The notes below the pieces were generated by a model, which ran no database searches, was not told the origin of the DNA, and saw only the letters and a program-made list of their open reading frames with translations. From NCBI RefSeq assembly GCF_039654945.1, contig NW_027361698.1, positions 19,654,001 to 19,718,000 on the forward strand: a stretch of DNA of 64,000 nucleotides. The letters are read 5' to 3'. The stretch's first letter is position 1. Every line of letters starts with the position of its first letter. A program made the position numbers and the translations under genes. The stretch comes from Dendrobates tinctorius. Lineage: Eukaryota. Of this stretch, positions 1-15,500 are shown piece after piece.

Positions 1-275
1 AAGGAGAGCTGGTGGATTGGTAAGCTATGATTTTTTTCCTAGAGTCTTCAGCATTTTTTTAAAACATGTCATGGAATGGAAAATACCCTTTAAAAAACAT
101 GCCTTGATTCCTAGATATCAGCGCCAGTCCTGGGCGTTGGCACCTCACTTCTGATTGTGCTGGCCTATCTGAGGACAACATAAAGTACTGACAGATAGTC
201 TCACAGTATCACTTACTGGGTTACTTTCTGGTTTTCATGAAGTTTTAGCCACAGATACGCTGGAGTACTCGTCAG

Positions 276-566
276 TAGTGATGAGCGAGTATACTCGTTG
301 CTCGGGTGTCCTCCGAGTATTTTGGCGTGCTCAGAGATTTAGTTTTCGTCGCCTTATCTGCATGATTTGTGACTGCTAGACAGCTTGAATACATGTGAGG
401 AATGCCTGTTTGTTAAGGAATTCCCACATATATTCAGCCTGTCTACAAATCGCAAATCATGCAGATAAGGGGAGGAAAACTAAATCTCCGAGCACGCCCA
501 AATACTCGGAGGACAGCCGAGCATGCTCGGGAAAACCCGAGCAACGAGTATACTCGCTCATCACTA
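276..566. mobile_element. Palindromic hAT-type MITE
   Basis: Perfect terminal inverted repeat TAGTGATGAGCGAGTATACTCGTTGCTCGGG / CCCGAGCAACGAGTATACTCGCTCATCACTA, and most of the interior is also self-complementary. The 8-bp flanks CTCGTCAG / CTTGCCAG (6/8) are a possible decayed TSD. Confidence 0.8.
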
Positions 567-574
567 CTTGCCAG

Positions 575-3500
575 CAGGGTTGTGGAGTCAAAGTCACGGA
601 GTCAGAGGCAGTGTCCATTTTGTGGTGGAGTCGGAGTTGGCATAAAATGGAAAGACTCTGACTCCTAAAATATATAATTGGGTACAGTATTACAATGCAG
701 GAGTTTTCATAATAATTGGGGAAAGTTATGAAATGTCCTATAAATGTTTGTTCTGTTCCTGATCTAAGAATCTTGGCTTTTAGTTGAGATGAATCTGTGC
801 TGCACTTTATGTACATGCTCAGTAGTGACCAGTGCTGTGGGGTCATAGTGGGGATGAATCTGTGCTGCACTTTATGTACATGCTCAGTAGTGACCAGTGC
901 TGTGGAGATGAATCTGTGCTGCACTTTATGTACATGCTTAGTAGTGACCAGTGCTGTGGAGATGAATCTGTGCTGCACTTTATGTACATGCTCAGTAGTG
1001 ACCAGTGCTGTGGGGTCATAGTGGGGATGAATCTGTGCTGCACTTTATGTACATGTTCAGTAGTGATCAGTGCTGTGGAGTCGTAGTGAAGAAGACTCTG
1101 TGCTGCACTTGATGTACATGCTCAGTAGTGAGGCAGTGCTGTGGGGTCGTAGTGGAGATGAATCTGTGCTGCACTTTATGTACATGCTCAGTAGTGAGGC
1201 AGTGCTGTGGGGTCATAGTGAAGATGACTGTGCTGCACTTTATGTACATGCTCAGTAGTGAGGCTGTGCTGTGGAGTCGTAGTGAAGATGACTCTGTGCT
1301 GCACTTTATCTACATGCTCAGTAGTGACCAGTGCTGTGGAGTCGTAGTGGAGATGAATCTGTGCTGCACTTTATGTACATGCTCAGTAGTGAGGCTGTGC
1401 TGTGGAGTCGTAGTGAAGATGACTCTGTGCTGCACTTTATGTACATGCTCAGTAGTGACCAGTGCTGTGGGGTCATAGTGAAGATGAATCTGTGCTGCAC
1501 TTTATGTACATGCTCAGTAGTGACCAGTGCTGTGGAGTCGTAGTGAAGATGAATCTGTGCTGCACTTTATGTACATGCTCAGTAGTGAGGCTGTGCTGTG
1601 GAGTCGTAGTGAAGATGACTCTGTGCTGCACTTTATGTACATGCTCAGTAGTGAGGCCGTGCTGTGGAGTCGTAGTGGAGATGAATCTGTGCTGCACTTT
1701 ATGTATATGCTCAGTAGTGAGGCAGTGCTGTGGAGTCATAGTGGAGATGAATCTGTGCTGCACTTTATGTACATGCTCAGTAGTGAGGAAGTGCTGTGGA
1801 ATCATAGTGGAGATGAATATGTGCTGCACTTTATGTACATGCTCAGTAGTGAGGCTGTGAGGTGGAGTCGTAGTGAAGATGACTCTGTGCTGCACTTTAT
1901 GTACATGCTCAGTAGTGACCAGTGCTGTGGAGTCGTAGTGGAGATGAATCTGTGCTGCACTTTATGTACATGCTCAGTAGTGAGGCAGTGCTGTGGAGTC
2001 GTAGTGAAGATGACTCTGTGCTACACTTTATGTACATGCTCAGTAGTGAGGCAGTGCTGTGGAGTCGTAGTGGAGATGAATCTGTGCTGCACTTTATGCA
2101 CATGCTCAGTAGTGAGGCAGTGCTGTGGAGTCGTAGTGAAGATGACTCTGTGCTGCACTTTATGTACATGCTCAGTAGTGACCAGTGCTGTGGAGTCGTA
2201 GTGAAGATGACTCTGTGCTGCACTTTTTGTACTTACTCAGTAGTGAGGCCGTGCTGTGGAGTCGTAGTGGAGATGAATCTGTGCTGCACTTTATGTACAT
2301 GCTCAGTAGTGAGGCCGTGCTGTGGAGTCGCAGTGGAGATGAATCTGTGCTACACTTTATGTACATGCTCAGTAGTGACCAGTGCTGTGGAGTCGTAGTG
2401 AAGATGACTCTGTGCTGCACTTGATGTACATGCTCAGTAGTGAGGCCGTGCTGTGGAGTCGTAGTGGAGATGAATCTGTGCTGCACTTTATGTACATGCT
2501 CAGTAGTGAGGCCGTGCTGTGGGGGCGTAGTGGAGATGAATCTGTGCTGCACTTTATGTACATGCTCAGTAGTGAGGCTGTGCTGTGGAGTCGTAGTAGA
2601 GATGAATCTGTGCTGCACTTTATGCACATGCTCAGTAGTGAGGCTGTGCTGTGGAGTCGTAGTAGAGATGAATCTGTGCTGCACTTTATGCACATACTCA
2701 GTAGTGAGGCTGTGCTGTGAAGTCGTAGCGGAGATGAATCTGTGCTGCACTTTATGTTCATGCTCAGTAGTGAGGCTGTGCTGTGGGGTTGTAGTGGAGA
2801 TGAATCTGTGCTGCACTTTATGTACATGCTCAGTAGTGAGGCAGTGCTGTGGAGTCGTAGTGGAGATGAATCTGTGCTGCACTTTATGTACATGCTCAGT
2901 AGTGAGGCAATGCTGTGGAGTCGTAATGGAGATGAATCTGTGCTGCACTTTATGTACATGCTCAGTAGTGAGGCAGTGCTGTGGAGTCGTAATGGAGATG
3001 AATCTGTGCTGCACTTTATGTACATGCTCAGTAGTGAGGAAGTGCTGTGGAGTCGTAGCGGAGATTAATCTGTGCTGCACTTTATGTACATGCTCAGTAG
3101 TGAGGCAGTGCTGTGGAGTCGTAATGGAGATGAATCTGTGCTGCACTTTATGTACATGCTCAGTAGTGAGGCAGTGATGTGGAGTCGTAGTGGAGATGAA
3201 TCTGTGCTGCACTTTATGTACATGCTCAGTAGTGACCAGTGCTGTGGAGTCGTAGTGAAGATGACTCTGTGCTGCACTTGATGTACATGCTCAGTAGTGA
3301 GGCCGTGCTGTGGAGTCGTAGTGGAGATGAATCTGTGCTGCACTTTATGTACATGCTCAGTAGTGAGGCCGTGCTGTGGGGGCGTAGTGGAGATGAATCT
3401 GTGCTGCACTTTATGTACATGCTCAGTAGTGAGGCTGTGCTGTGGAGTCGTAGTAGAGATGAATCTGTGCTGCACTTTATGCACATGCTCAGTAGTGAGG

Positions 3501-6500
3501 CTGTGCTGTGGAGTCGTAGTAGAGATGAATCTGTGCTGCACTTTATGCACATACTCAGTAGTGAGGCTGTGCTGTGAAGTCGTAGCGGAGATGAATCTGT
3601 GCTGCACTTTATGTTCATGCTCAGTAGTGAGGCTGTGCTGTGGGGTTGTAGTGGAGATGAATCTGTGCTGCACTTTATGTACATGCTCAGTAGTGAGGCA
3701 GTGCTGTGGAGTCGTAGTGGAGATGAATCTGTGCTGCACTTTATGTACATGCTCAGTAGTGAGGCAATGCTGTGGAGTCGTAATGGAGATGAATCTGTGC
3801 TGCACTTTATGTACATGCTCAGTAGTGAGGCAGTGCTGTGGAGTCGTAATGGAGATGAATCTGTGCTGCACTTTATGTACATGCTCAGTAGTGAGGAAGT
3901 GCTGTGGAGTCGTAGCGGAGATTAATCTGTGCTGCACTTTATGTACATGCTCAGTAGTGAGGCAGTGCTGTGGAGTCGTAATGGAGATGAATCTGTGCTG
4001 CACTTTATGTACATGCTCAGTAGTGAGGCAGTGATGTGGAGTCGTAGTGGAGATGAATCTGTGCTGCACTTTATGTACATGCTCAGTAGTGAGGCCGTGA
4101 TGTGGGGGCGTAGTGGAGATGAATCTGTGCTGCACTTTATGTACATGCTCAGTAGTGAGGCTGTGCTGTGGAGTCGTAGTAGAGATGAATCTGTGCTGCA
4201 CTTTATGCACATGCTCAGTAGTGAGGCTGTGCTGTGGAGTCGTAGTAGAGATGAATCTGTGCTGCACTTTATGCACATACTCAGTAGTGAGGCTGTGCTG
4301 TGGAGTCGTAGCGGAGATGAATCTGTGCTGCACTTTATGTACATGCTCAGTAGTGACAAGTGCTGTGGAGTCGTAGTGAAGATGACTCTGTGCTGCACTT
4401 TATGTACATGCTCAGTAGTGAGGCCGTGCTGTGGAGTCGTAGTGGAGATGAATCTGTGCTGCACTTTATGTACATGCTCAGTAGTGAGGAAGTGCTGTGG
4501 AGTCGTAGCGGAGATGAATCTGTGCTGCACTTTATGTACATGCTCAGTAGTGAGGCAGTGCTGTGGAGTCGTAATGGAGATGAATCTGTGCTGCACTTTA
4601 TGTACATGCTCAGTAGTGAGGCAGTGCTGTGGAGTCGTAGTGGAGATGAATCTGTGCTGCACTTGATGTACATGCTCAGTAGTGAGGCTGTGCTGTGGAG
4701 TCGTAGTGGAGATGAATCTGTGCTGCACTTTATGTACATGCTCAGTAGTGAGGCCGTGCTGTGGGGGTGTAGTGGAGATGAATCTGTGCTGCACTTTATG
4801 TACATGCTCAGTAGTGAGGCTGTGCTGTGGAGTCGTAGTAGAGATGAATCTGTGCTGCACTTTATGCACATGCTCAGTAGTGAGGCTGTGCTGTGGAGTC
4901 GTAGTAGAGATGAATCTGTGCTGCACTTTATGCACATACTCAGTAGTGAGGCTGTGCTGTGGAGTCGTAGCGGAGATGAATCTGTGCTGCGCTTTATGTA
5001 CATGCTCAGTAGTGAGGCTGTGCTGTGGGGTCGTAGTGGAGATGAATCTGCTGCACTTTATGTACATGCTCAGTAGTGAGGAAGTGCTGTGGAGTCGTAG
5101 CGGAGATGAATCTGTGCTGCACTTTATGTACATGCTCAGTAGTGAGGCTGTGCTGTGGGGTCGTAGTGGAGATGAATCTGTGCTGCACTTTATGTACATG
5201 CTCAGTAGTGAGGCAGTGCTGTGGGGTCATAGTGTAGATGAATCTGTGCTGCACTTTATGCACATGCTCAGCAGTGAGGCCGTGCTGTGGAGTCGTAGTG
5301 GAGATGAATCTGTGCTGCACTTTATGTACATGCTCAGTAGTGACCAGTGCTGTGGAGTCGTAGTGGAGATGAATCTGTGCTGCACTTTATGTACATGCTC
5401 AGTAGTGAGGCTGTGCTGTGGGGTCATAGTGAAGATGAATCTGTGCTGCACTTTATGTACATGCTCAGTAGTGACCAGTGCTGTGGAGTCGTAGTGAAGA
5501 TGAATCTGTGCTGCACTTTATGTACATGCTCAGTAGTGAGGCTGTGCTGTGGAGTCGTAGTGAAGATGACTCTGTGCTACACTTTATGTACATGCTCAGT
5601 AGTGAGGCCGTGCTGTGGAGTCGTAGTGGAGATGAATCTGTGCTGCACTTTATGTATATGCTCAGTAGTGAGGCAGTGCTGTGGAGTCGTAGTGGAGATG
5701 AATCTGTGCTGCACTTTATGTACATGCTCAGTAGTGAGGAAGTGGTGTGGAATCATAGTGGAGATGAAAATGTGCTGCACTTTATGTACATGCTCAGTAG
5801 TGAGGCTGTGCTGTGGAGTCGTAGTGAAAATGACTCTGTGCTGCACTTTATGTACATGCTCAGTAGTGACCAGTGCTGTGGAGTCATAGTGGAGATGAAT
5901 CTGTGCTGCACTTTTTGTACATGCTCAGTAGTGAGGCAGTGCTGTGGGGTCATAGTGAAGATGACTTTGTGCTGCACTTTATGTACATGCTCAGTAGTGA
6001 GGCTGTGCTGTGGAGTCGTAGTGAAGATGACTCTGTGCTGCACTTTATGTACATGCTCAGTAGTGACCAGTGCTGTGGAGTCGTAGTGGAGATGAATCTG
6101 TGCTGCACTTTATGTACATGCTCAGTAGTGAGGCCGTGCTGTGGGGTCGTAGTGGAGATGAATCTGTGCTGCACTTTATGTACATGCTCAGTAGTGAGGC
6201 AGTGCAGTGGAGTCGTAGTGGAGATGAATCTGTGCTGCACTTTATGTACATGCTCAGTAGTGACCAGTGCTGTGGAGTCGTAGTGAAGATGACTCTGTGC
6301 TGCACTTTATGTACATGCTCAGTAGTGAGGCCGTGCTGTGGAGTCGTAGTGGAGATGAATCTGTGCTGCACTTTATATACATGCTAAGTAGTGAGGCCGT
6401 GCTGTGGAGTCGTAGTGGAGATGGATCTGTGCTGCACTTTATGTACATGCTCAGTAGTGAGGCAGTGCTGTGGGGTCATAGTGAAGATGACTCTGTGCTG

Positions 6501-9500
6501 CACTTTATGTACATGCTCAGTAGTGAGGCCGTGCTGTGGAGTCATAGTGAAGATGACTCTGTGCTGCACTTTATGTACATGCTCAGTAGTGAGGCTGTGC
6601 TGTGGAGTCGTAGTGAAGATGACTCTGTGCTGCACTTTATGTACATACTCAGTAGTGAGGCTGTGCTGTGGAGTCGTAGTGGAGATGAATCTGTGCTGCA
6701 CTTTATGTACATGCTCAGTAGTGAGGAAGTGCTGTGGAGTCGTAGCGGAGATGAATCTGTGCTGCACTTTTTGTACATGCTCAGTAGTGAGGAAGTGCTG
6801 TGGAGTCGTAGCGGAGATTAATCTGTGCTGCACTTTATGTACATGCTCAGTAGTGAGGCAGTCCTGTGGAGTCGTAATGGAGATGAATCTGTGCTGCACT
6901 TTATGTACATGCTCAGTAGTGAGGCAGTGCTGTGGAGTCGTAGTGGAGATGAATCTGTGCTGCGCTTTATGTACATGCTCAGTAGTGACCAGTGCTGTGG
7001 AGTCGTAGTGAAGATGACTCTGTGCTGCACTTGATGTACATGCTCAGTAGTGAGGCCGTGCTGTGGAGTCGTAGTGGAGATGAATCTGTGCTGCACTTTA
7101 TGTACATGCTCAGTAGTGAGGCCGTGCTGTGGGGGTGTAGTGGAGATGAATCTGTGCTGCACTTTATGTACATGCTAAGTAGTGAGGCTGTGCTGTGGAG
7201 TCGTAGTAGAGATGAATCTGTGCTGCACTTTATGCACATGCTCAGTAGTGAGGCTGTGCTGTGGAGTCGTAGTAGAGATGAATCTGTGCTGCACTTTATG
7301 CACATACTCAGTAGTGAGGCTGTGCTGTGGAGTCGTAGCGGAGATGAATCTGTGCTGCAATTTATGTACATGCTCAGTAGTGAGGCTGTGCTGTGGGGTC
7401 GTAGTGGAGATGAATCTGTGCTGCACTTTATGTACATGCTCAGTAGTGAGGAAGTGCTGTGGGGTCATAGTGTTGATGAATCTGTGCTGCACTTTATGCA
7501 CATGCTCAGCAGTGAGGCAGTGCTGTGGCGTCGTAATGGAGATGAATCTGTACTGCACTTTATGTACATGCTCAGTAGTGAGGAAGTGCTGTGGAGTCGT
7601 AGCGGAGATGAATCTGTGCTGCACTTTATGTACATGCTCAGTAGTGAGGCTGTGCTGTGGAGTTGTAGTGGGGATCAATCTGTGCTGCACTTTATGTACA
7701 TGCTCAGTAGTGAGGCAGTGCTGTGGGGTCGTAGTGGAGATGAATCTGTGCTGCACTTTATGTACATGCTCAGTAGTGAGGCAGTGCTGTGGGGTCATAG
7801 TGAAGATGACTGTGCTGCACTTTATGTACATGCTCAGTAGTGAGGCTGTGCTGTGGAGTCGTAGTGAAGATGACTCTGTGCTGCACTTTATGTACATGCT
7901 CAGTAGTGACCAGTGCTGTGGAGTCATAGTGGAGATGAATCTCTGCTGCACTTTATGTACATGCTCAGTAGTGAGGCTGTGCTGTGGGGTCATAGTGAAG
8001 ATGAATCTGTGCTGCACTTTATGTACATGCTCAGTAGTGACCAGTGCTGTGGAGTCGTAGTGAAGATGAATCTGTGCTGCACTTTATGTACATGCTCAGT
8101 AGTGAGGCTGTGCTGTGGAGTCGTAGTGAAGATGACTCTGTGCTGCACTTTATGTACATGCTCAGTAGTGAGGCCGTGCTGTGGAGTCGTAGTGGAGATG
8201 AATCTGTGCTGCACTTTATGTATATGCTCAGTAGTGAGGCAGTGCTGTGGAGTCGTAGTGGAGATGAATCTGTGCTGCACTTTATGTACATGCTCAGTAG
8301 TGAGGAAGTGCTGTGGAATCATAGTGGAGATGAATATGTGCTGCACTTTATGTACATGCTCAGTAGTGAGGCTGTGCTGTGGAGTCGTAGTGAAAATGAC
8401 TCTGTGCTGCACTTTATGTACATGCTCAGTAGTGACCAGTGCTGTGGAGTCATAGTGGAGATGAATCTGTGCTGCACTTTTTGCACATGCTCAGTAGTGA
8501 GGCAGTGCTGTGGGGTCATAGTGAAGATGACTTTGTGCTGTACTTTATGTACATGCTCAGTAGTGAGGCTGTGCTGTGGAGTCGTAGTGAAGATGACTCT
8601 GTGCTGCACTTTATGTACATGCTCAGTAGTGACCAGTGCTGTGGAGTCGTAGTGGAGATGAATCTGTGCTGCACTTTATGTACATGCTCAGTAGTGAGGC
8701 AGTGCTGTGGAGTCGTAGTGAAGATGAATCTGTGCTGCACTTTATGTACATGCTCAGTAGTGAGGCCGTGCTGTGGGGTCGTAGTGGAGATGAATCTGTG
8801 CTGCACTTTATGTACATGCTCAGTAGTGAGGCAGTGCTGTGGAGTCGTAGTGAAGATGACTCTGTGCTGCACTTTATGTACATGCTCAGTAGTGACCAGT
8901 GCTGTGGAGTCGTAGTGGAGATGAATCTGTACTGCACTTTATGTACATGCTCAGTAGTGAGGCAGTGCTGTGGGGTCATAGTGAAGATGACTGTGCTGCA
9001 CTTTATGTACATGCTCAGTAGTGAGGCAGTGCTGTGGAGTCGTAGTGGAGATGAATCTGTGCTGCACTTTATGTACATGCTCAGTAGTGAGGCCGTGCTG
9101 TGGAGTCGCAGTGGAGATGAATCTGTGCTGCACTTTATGTACATGCTCAGTAGTGACCAGTGCTGTGGGGTCATAGTGGAGATGAATCTGTGCTGCACTT
9201 TATATACATGCTAAGTAGTGAGGCCGTGCTGTGGAGTCGTAGTGGAGATGGATCTGTGCTGCACTTTATGTACATGCTCAGTAGTGAGGCAGTGCTGTGG
9301 GGTCATAGTGAAGATGACTCTGTGCTGCACTTTATGTACATGCTCAGTAGTGAGGCTGTGCTGTGGAGTCGTAGTGAAGATGACTCTGTGCTGCACTTTA
9401 TGTACATGCTCAGTAGTGAGGCCGTGCTGTGGAGTCATAGTGGAGATGAATCTGTGCTGCACTTTATGTACATGCTCAGTAGTGAGGCAGTGCTGTGGAG

Positions 9501-12500
9501 TCGTAGTAGAGATGAATCTGTGCTGCACTTTATGTACATGCTCAGTAGTGACCAGTGCTGTGGAGTCGTAGTGAAGATGACTCTGTGCTGCACTTGATGT
9601 ACATGCTCAGTAGTGAGGCCGTGCTGTGGAGTCGTAGTGGAGATGAATCTGTGCTGCACTTTATGTACATGCTCAGTAGTGAGGCCGTGCTGTGGGGGCG
9701 TAGTGGAGATGAATCTGTGCTGCACTTTATGTACATGCTCAGTAGTGAGGCTGTGCTGTGGAGTCGTAGTAGAGATGAGTCTGTGCTGCACTTTATGCAC
9801 ATGCTCAGTAGTGAGGCTGTGCTGTGGAGTCGTAGTAGAGATGAATCTGTGCTGCACTTTATGCACATACTCAGTAGTGAGGCTGTGCTGTGGAGTCGTA
9901 GCGGAGATGAATCTGTGCTGCACGTTATGTACATGCTCAGTAGTGAGGCTGTGCTGTGGGGTTGTAGTGGAGATGAATCTGTGCTGCACTTTATGTACAT
10001 GCTCAGTAGTGAGGCAGTGCTGTGGAGTCGTAGTGGAGATGAATCTGTGCTGCACTTTATGTACATGCTCAGTAGTGAGGCTGTGCTGTGGAGTCGTAAT
10101 GGAGATGAATCTGTGCTGCACTTTTTGTACATGCTCAGTAGTGAGGAAGTTCTGTGGAGTCATAGTGGAGATGAATCTGTGCTGCACTTTATGTACATGC
10201 TCAGTAGTGAGGAAGTGCTGTGGAGTCGTAGCGGAGATGAATCTGTGCTGCACTTTATGTACATGCTCAGTAGTGAGGCCGTGTTGTGGGGGCGTAGTGG
10301 AGATGAATCTGTGCTGCACTTTATGTACATGCTCAGTAGTGAGGCTGTGCTGTGGAGTCGTAGTAGAGATGAATCTGTGCTGCACTTTATGCACATGCTC
10401 AGTAGTGAGGCTGTGCTGTGGAGTCGTAGTAGAGATGAATCTGTGCTGCACTTTATGCACATACTCAGTAGTGAGGCTGTGCTGTGGAGTCGTAGCGGAG
10501 ATGAATCTGTGCTGCACTTTATGTACATGCTCAGTAGTGAGGAAGTGCTGTGGGGTCATAGTGTTGATGAATCTGTGCTGCACTTTATGCACATGCTCAG
10601 CAGTGAGGCAGTGCTGTGGCGTCGTAATGGAGATGAATCTGTACTGCACTTTATGTACATGCTCAGTAGTGAGGAAGTGCTGTGGAGTCGTAGCGGAGAT
10701 GAATCTGTGCTGCACTTTATGTACATTCTCAGTAGTGAGGCTGTGCTGTGGAGTTGTAGTGGGGATCAATCTGTGCTGCACTTTATGTACATGCTCAGTA
10801 GTGAGGCAGTGCTGTGGGGTCGTAGTGGAGATGAATCTGTGCTGCACTTTATGTACATGCTCAGTAGTGAGGCAGTGCTGTGGGGTCATAGTGAAGATGA
10901 CTGTGCTGCACTTTATGTACATGCTCAGTAGTGAGGCTGTGCTGTGGAGTCGTAGTGAAGATGACTCTGTGCTGCACTTTATGTACATGCTCAGTAGTGA
11001 CCAGTGCTGTGGAGTCATAGTGGAGATGAATCTCTGCTGCACTTTATGTACATGCTCAGTAGTGAGGCTGTGCTGTGGAGTCCTAGTGAAGATGAATCTG
11101 TGCTGCACTTTATGTACATGCTCAGTAGTGACCAGTGCTGTGGAGTCGTAGTGAAGATGAATCTGTGCTGCACTTTATGTACATGCTCAGTAGTGAGGCT
11201 GTGCTGTGGAGTCGTAGTGAAGATGACTCTGTGCTGCACTTTATGTACATGCTCAGTAGTGAGGCCGTGCTGTGGAGTCGTAGTGGAGATGAATCTGTGC
11301 TGCACTTTATGTATATGCTCAGTAGTGAGGCAGTGCTGTGGAGTCGTAGTGGAGATGAATCTGTGCTGCACTTTATGTACATGCTCAGTAGTGAGGAAGT
11401 GCTGTGGAATCATAGTGGAGATGAATATGTGCTGCACTTTATGTACATGCTCAGTAGTGAGGCTGTGCTGTGGAGTCGTAGTGAAAATGACTCTGTGCTG
11501 CACTTTATGTACCTGCTCAGTAGTGACCAGTGCTGTGGAGTCATAGTGGAGATGAATCTGTGCTGCACTTTTTGCACATGCTCAGTAGTGAGGCAGTGCT
11601 GTGGGGTCATAGTGAAGATGACTTTGTGCTGCACTTTATGTACATGCTCAGTAGTGAGGCTGTGCTGTGGAGTCGTAGTGAAGATGACTCTGTGCTGCAC
11701 TTTATGTACATGCTCAGTAGTGACCAGTGCTGTGGAGTCGTAGTGGAGATGAATCTGTGCTGCACTTTATGTACATGCTCAGTAGTGAGGCCGTGCTGTG
11801 GGGTCGTAGTGGAGATGAATCTGTGCTGCACTTTATGTACATGCTCAGTAGTGAGGCAGTGCTGTGGAGTCGTAGTGAAGATGACTCTGTACTGCACTTT
11901 ATGTACATGCTCAGTAGTGACCAGTGCTGTGGAGTCGTAGTGGAGATGAATCTGTGCTGCACTTTATGTACATGCTCAGTAGTGAGGCAGTGCTGTGGGG
12001 TCATAGTGAAGATGACTGTGCTGCACTTTATGTACATGCTCAGTAGTGAGGCAGTGCTGTGGAGTCGTAGTGGAGATGAATCTGTGCTGCACTTTATGTA
12101 CATGCTCAGTAGTGAGGCAGTGCTGTGGAGTCGTAGTGGAGATGAATCTGTGCTGCACTTTATGTACATGCTCAGTAGTGACCAGTGCTGTGGAGTCGTA
12201 GTGAAGATGACTCTGTGCTGCACTTTATGTACATGCTCAGTAGTGAGGCCGTGCTGTGGAGTCGTAGTGGAGATGAATCTGTGCTGCACTTTATGTACAT
12301 GCTCAGTAGTGAGGCCGTGCTGTGGAGTCGCAGTGGAGATGAATCTGTGCTGCACTTTATGTACATGCTCAGTAGTGACCAGTGCTGTGGGGTCATAGTG
12401 GAGATGAATCTGTGCTGCACTTTATATACATGCTAAGTAGTGAGGCCGTGCTGTGGAGTCGTAGTGGAGATGGATCTGTGCTGCACTTTATGTACATGCT

Positions 12501-15500
12501 CAGTAGTGAGGCAGTGCTGTGGGGTCATAGTGAAGATGACTCTGTGCTGCACTTTATGTACATGCTCAGTAGTGAGGCTGTGCTGTGGAGTCGTAGTGAA
12601 GATGAATCTGTGCTGCACTTTATGTACATGCTCAGTAGTGAGGCCGTGCTGTGGAGTCATAGTGGAGATGAATCTGTGCTGCACTTTATGTACATGCTCA
12701 GTAGTGAGGCAGTGCTGTGGAGTCGTAGTAGAGATGAATCTGTGCTGCACTTTATGTACATGCTCAGTAGTGACCAGTGCTGTGGAGTCGTAGTGAAGAT
12801 GACTCTGTGCTGCACTTGATGTACATGCTCAGTAGTGAGGCCGTGCTGTGGAGTCGTAGTGGAGATGAATCTGTGCTGCACTTTATGTACATGCTCAGTA
12901 GTGAGGCCGTGCTGTGGGGGCGCAGTGGAGATGAATCTGTGCTGCACTTTATGTACATGCTCAGTAGTGAGGCTGTGCTGTGGAGTCGTAGTAGAGATGA
13001 GTCTGTGCTGCACTTTATGCACATGCTCAGTAGTGAGGCTGTGCTGTGGAGTCGTAGTAGAGATGAATCTGTGCTGCACTTTATGCACATACTCAGTAGT
13101 GAGGCTGTGCTGTGGAGTCGTAGCGGAGATGAATCTGTGCTGCACGTTATGTACATGCTCAGTAGTGAGGCTGTGCTGTGGGGTTGTAGTGGAGATGAAT
13201 CTGTGCTGCACTTTATGTACATGCTCAGTAGTGAGGCAGTGCTGTGGAGTCGTAGTGGAGATGAATCTGTGCTGCACTTTATTACATGCTCAGTAGTGAG
13301 GCTGTGCTGTGGAGTCGTAATGGAGATGAATCTGTGCTGCACTTTTTGTACATGCTCAGTAGTGAGGAAGTTCTGTGGAGTCATAGTGGAGATGAATCTG
13401 TGCTGCACTTTATGTACATGCTCAGTAGTGAGGAAGTGCTGTGGAGTCGTAGCGGAGATGAATCTGTGCTGCACTTTATGTACATGCTCAGTAGTGAGGC
13501 CGTGCTGTGGGGGCGTAGTGGAGATGAATCTGTGCTGCACTTTATGTACATGCTCAGTAGTGAGGCTGCGCTGTGGAGTCGTAGTAGAGATGAATCTGTG
13601 CTGCACTTTATGCACATGCTCAGTAGTGAGGCTGTGCTGTGGAGTCGTAGTAGAGATGAATCTGTGCTGCACTTTATGCACATACTCAGTAGTGAGGCTG
13701 TGCTGTGGAGTCGTAGCGGAGATGAATCTGTGCTGCACTTTATGTACATGCTCAGTAGTGAGGAAGTGCTGTGGAGTCGTAGCGGAGATTAATCTGCGCT
13801 GCACTTTATGTACATGCTCAGTAGTGAGGCAGTGCTGTGGAGTCGTAATGGAGATGAATCTGTGCTGCACTTTATGTACATGCTCAGTAGTGAGGCAGTG
13901 CTGTGGAGTCGTAGTGGAGATGAATCTGTGCTGCACTTTATGTACATGCTCAGTAGTGAGGCCGTGCTGTGGGGTCGTAGTGGAGATGAATCTGTGCTGC
14001 ACTTTATGTACATGCTCAGTAGTGAGGCAGTGCTGTGGAGTCGTAGTGAAGATGACTCTGTGCTGCACTTTATGTACATGCTCAGTAGTGACCAGTGCTG
14101 TGGAGTCGTAGTGGAGATGAATCTGTGCTGCACTTTATGTACATGCTCAGTAGTGACCAGTGCTGTGGAGTCGTAGTGAAGATGACCCTGTGCTGCACTT
14201 TATGTACATGCTCAGTAGTGAGGCCGTGCTGTGGAGTCGTAGTGGAGATGAATCTGTGCTGCACTTTATGTACATGCTCAGTAGTGAGGCCGTGCTGTGG
14301 AGTCGCAGTGGAGATGAATCTGTGCTGCACTTTATGTACATGCTCAGTAGTGACCAGTGCTGTGGGGTCATAGTGGAGATGAATCTGTGCTGCACTTTAT
14401 ATACATGCTAAGTAGTGAGGCCGTGCTGTGGAGTCGTAGTGGAGATGGATCTGTGCTGCACTTTATGTACATGCTCAGTAGTGAGGCAGTGCTGTGGGGT
14501 CATAGTGAAGATGACTCTGTGCTGCACTTTATGTACATGCTCAGTAGTGAGGCTGTGCTGTGGAGTCGTAGTGAAGATGACTCTGTGCTGCACTTTATGT
14601 ACATGCTCAGTAGTGAGGCCGTGCTGTGGAGTCATAGTGGAGATGAATCTGTGCTGCACTTTATGTACATGCTCAGTAGTGAGGCAGTGCTGTGGAGTCG
14701 TAGTAGAGATGAATCTTTGCTGCACTTTATGTACATGCTCAGTAGTGACCAGTGCTGTGGAGTCGTAGTGAAGATGACTCTGTGCTGCACTTGATGTACA
14801 TGCTCAGTAGTGAGGCCGTGCTGTGGAGTCGTAGTGGAGATGAATCTGTGCTGCACTTTATGTACATGCTCAGTAGTGAGGCCGTGCTGTGGGGGCATAG
14901 TGGAGATGAATCTGTGCTGCACTTTATGTACATGCTCAGTAGTGAGGCTGTGCTGTGGAGTCGTAGTAGAGATGAGTCTGTGCTGCACTTTATGCACATG
15001 CTCAGTAGTGAGGCTGTGCTGTGGAGTCGTAGTAGAGATGAATCTGTGCTGCACTTTATACACATACTCAGTAGTGAGGCTGTGCTGTGGAGTCGTAGCG
15101 GAGATGAATCTGTGCTGCACTTTATGTACATGCTCAGTAGTGAGGCTGTGCTGTGGGGTTGTAGTGGAGATGAATCTGTGCTGCACTTTATGTACATGCT
15201 CAGTAGTGAGGCAGTGCTGTGGAGTCGTAGTGGAGATGAATCTGTGCTGCACTTTATGTACATGCTCAGTAGTGAGGCTGTGCTGTGGAGTCGTAATGGA
15301 GATGAATCTGTGCTGCACTTTTTGTACATGCTCAGTAGTGAGGAAGTGCTGTGGAGTCATAGTGGAGATGAATCTGTGCTGCACTTTATGTACATGCTCA
15401 GTAGTGAGGAAGTGCTGTGGAGTCGTAGCGGAGATGAATCTGTGCTGCACTTTATGTACATGCTCAGTAGTGAGGCCGTGCTGTGGGGGCGTAGTGGAGA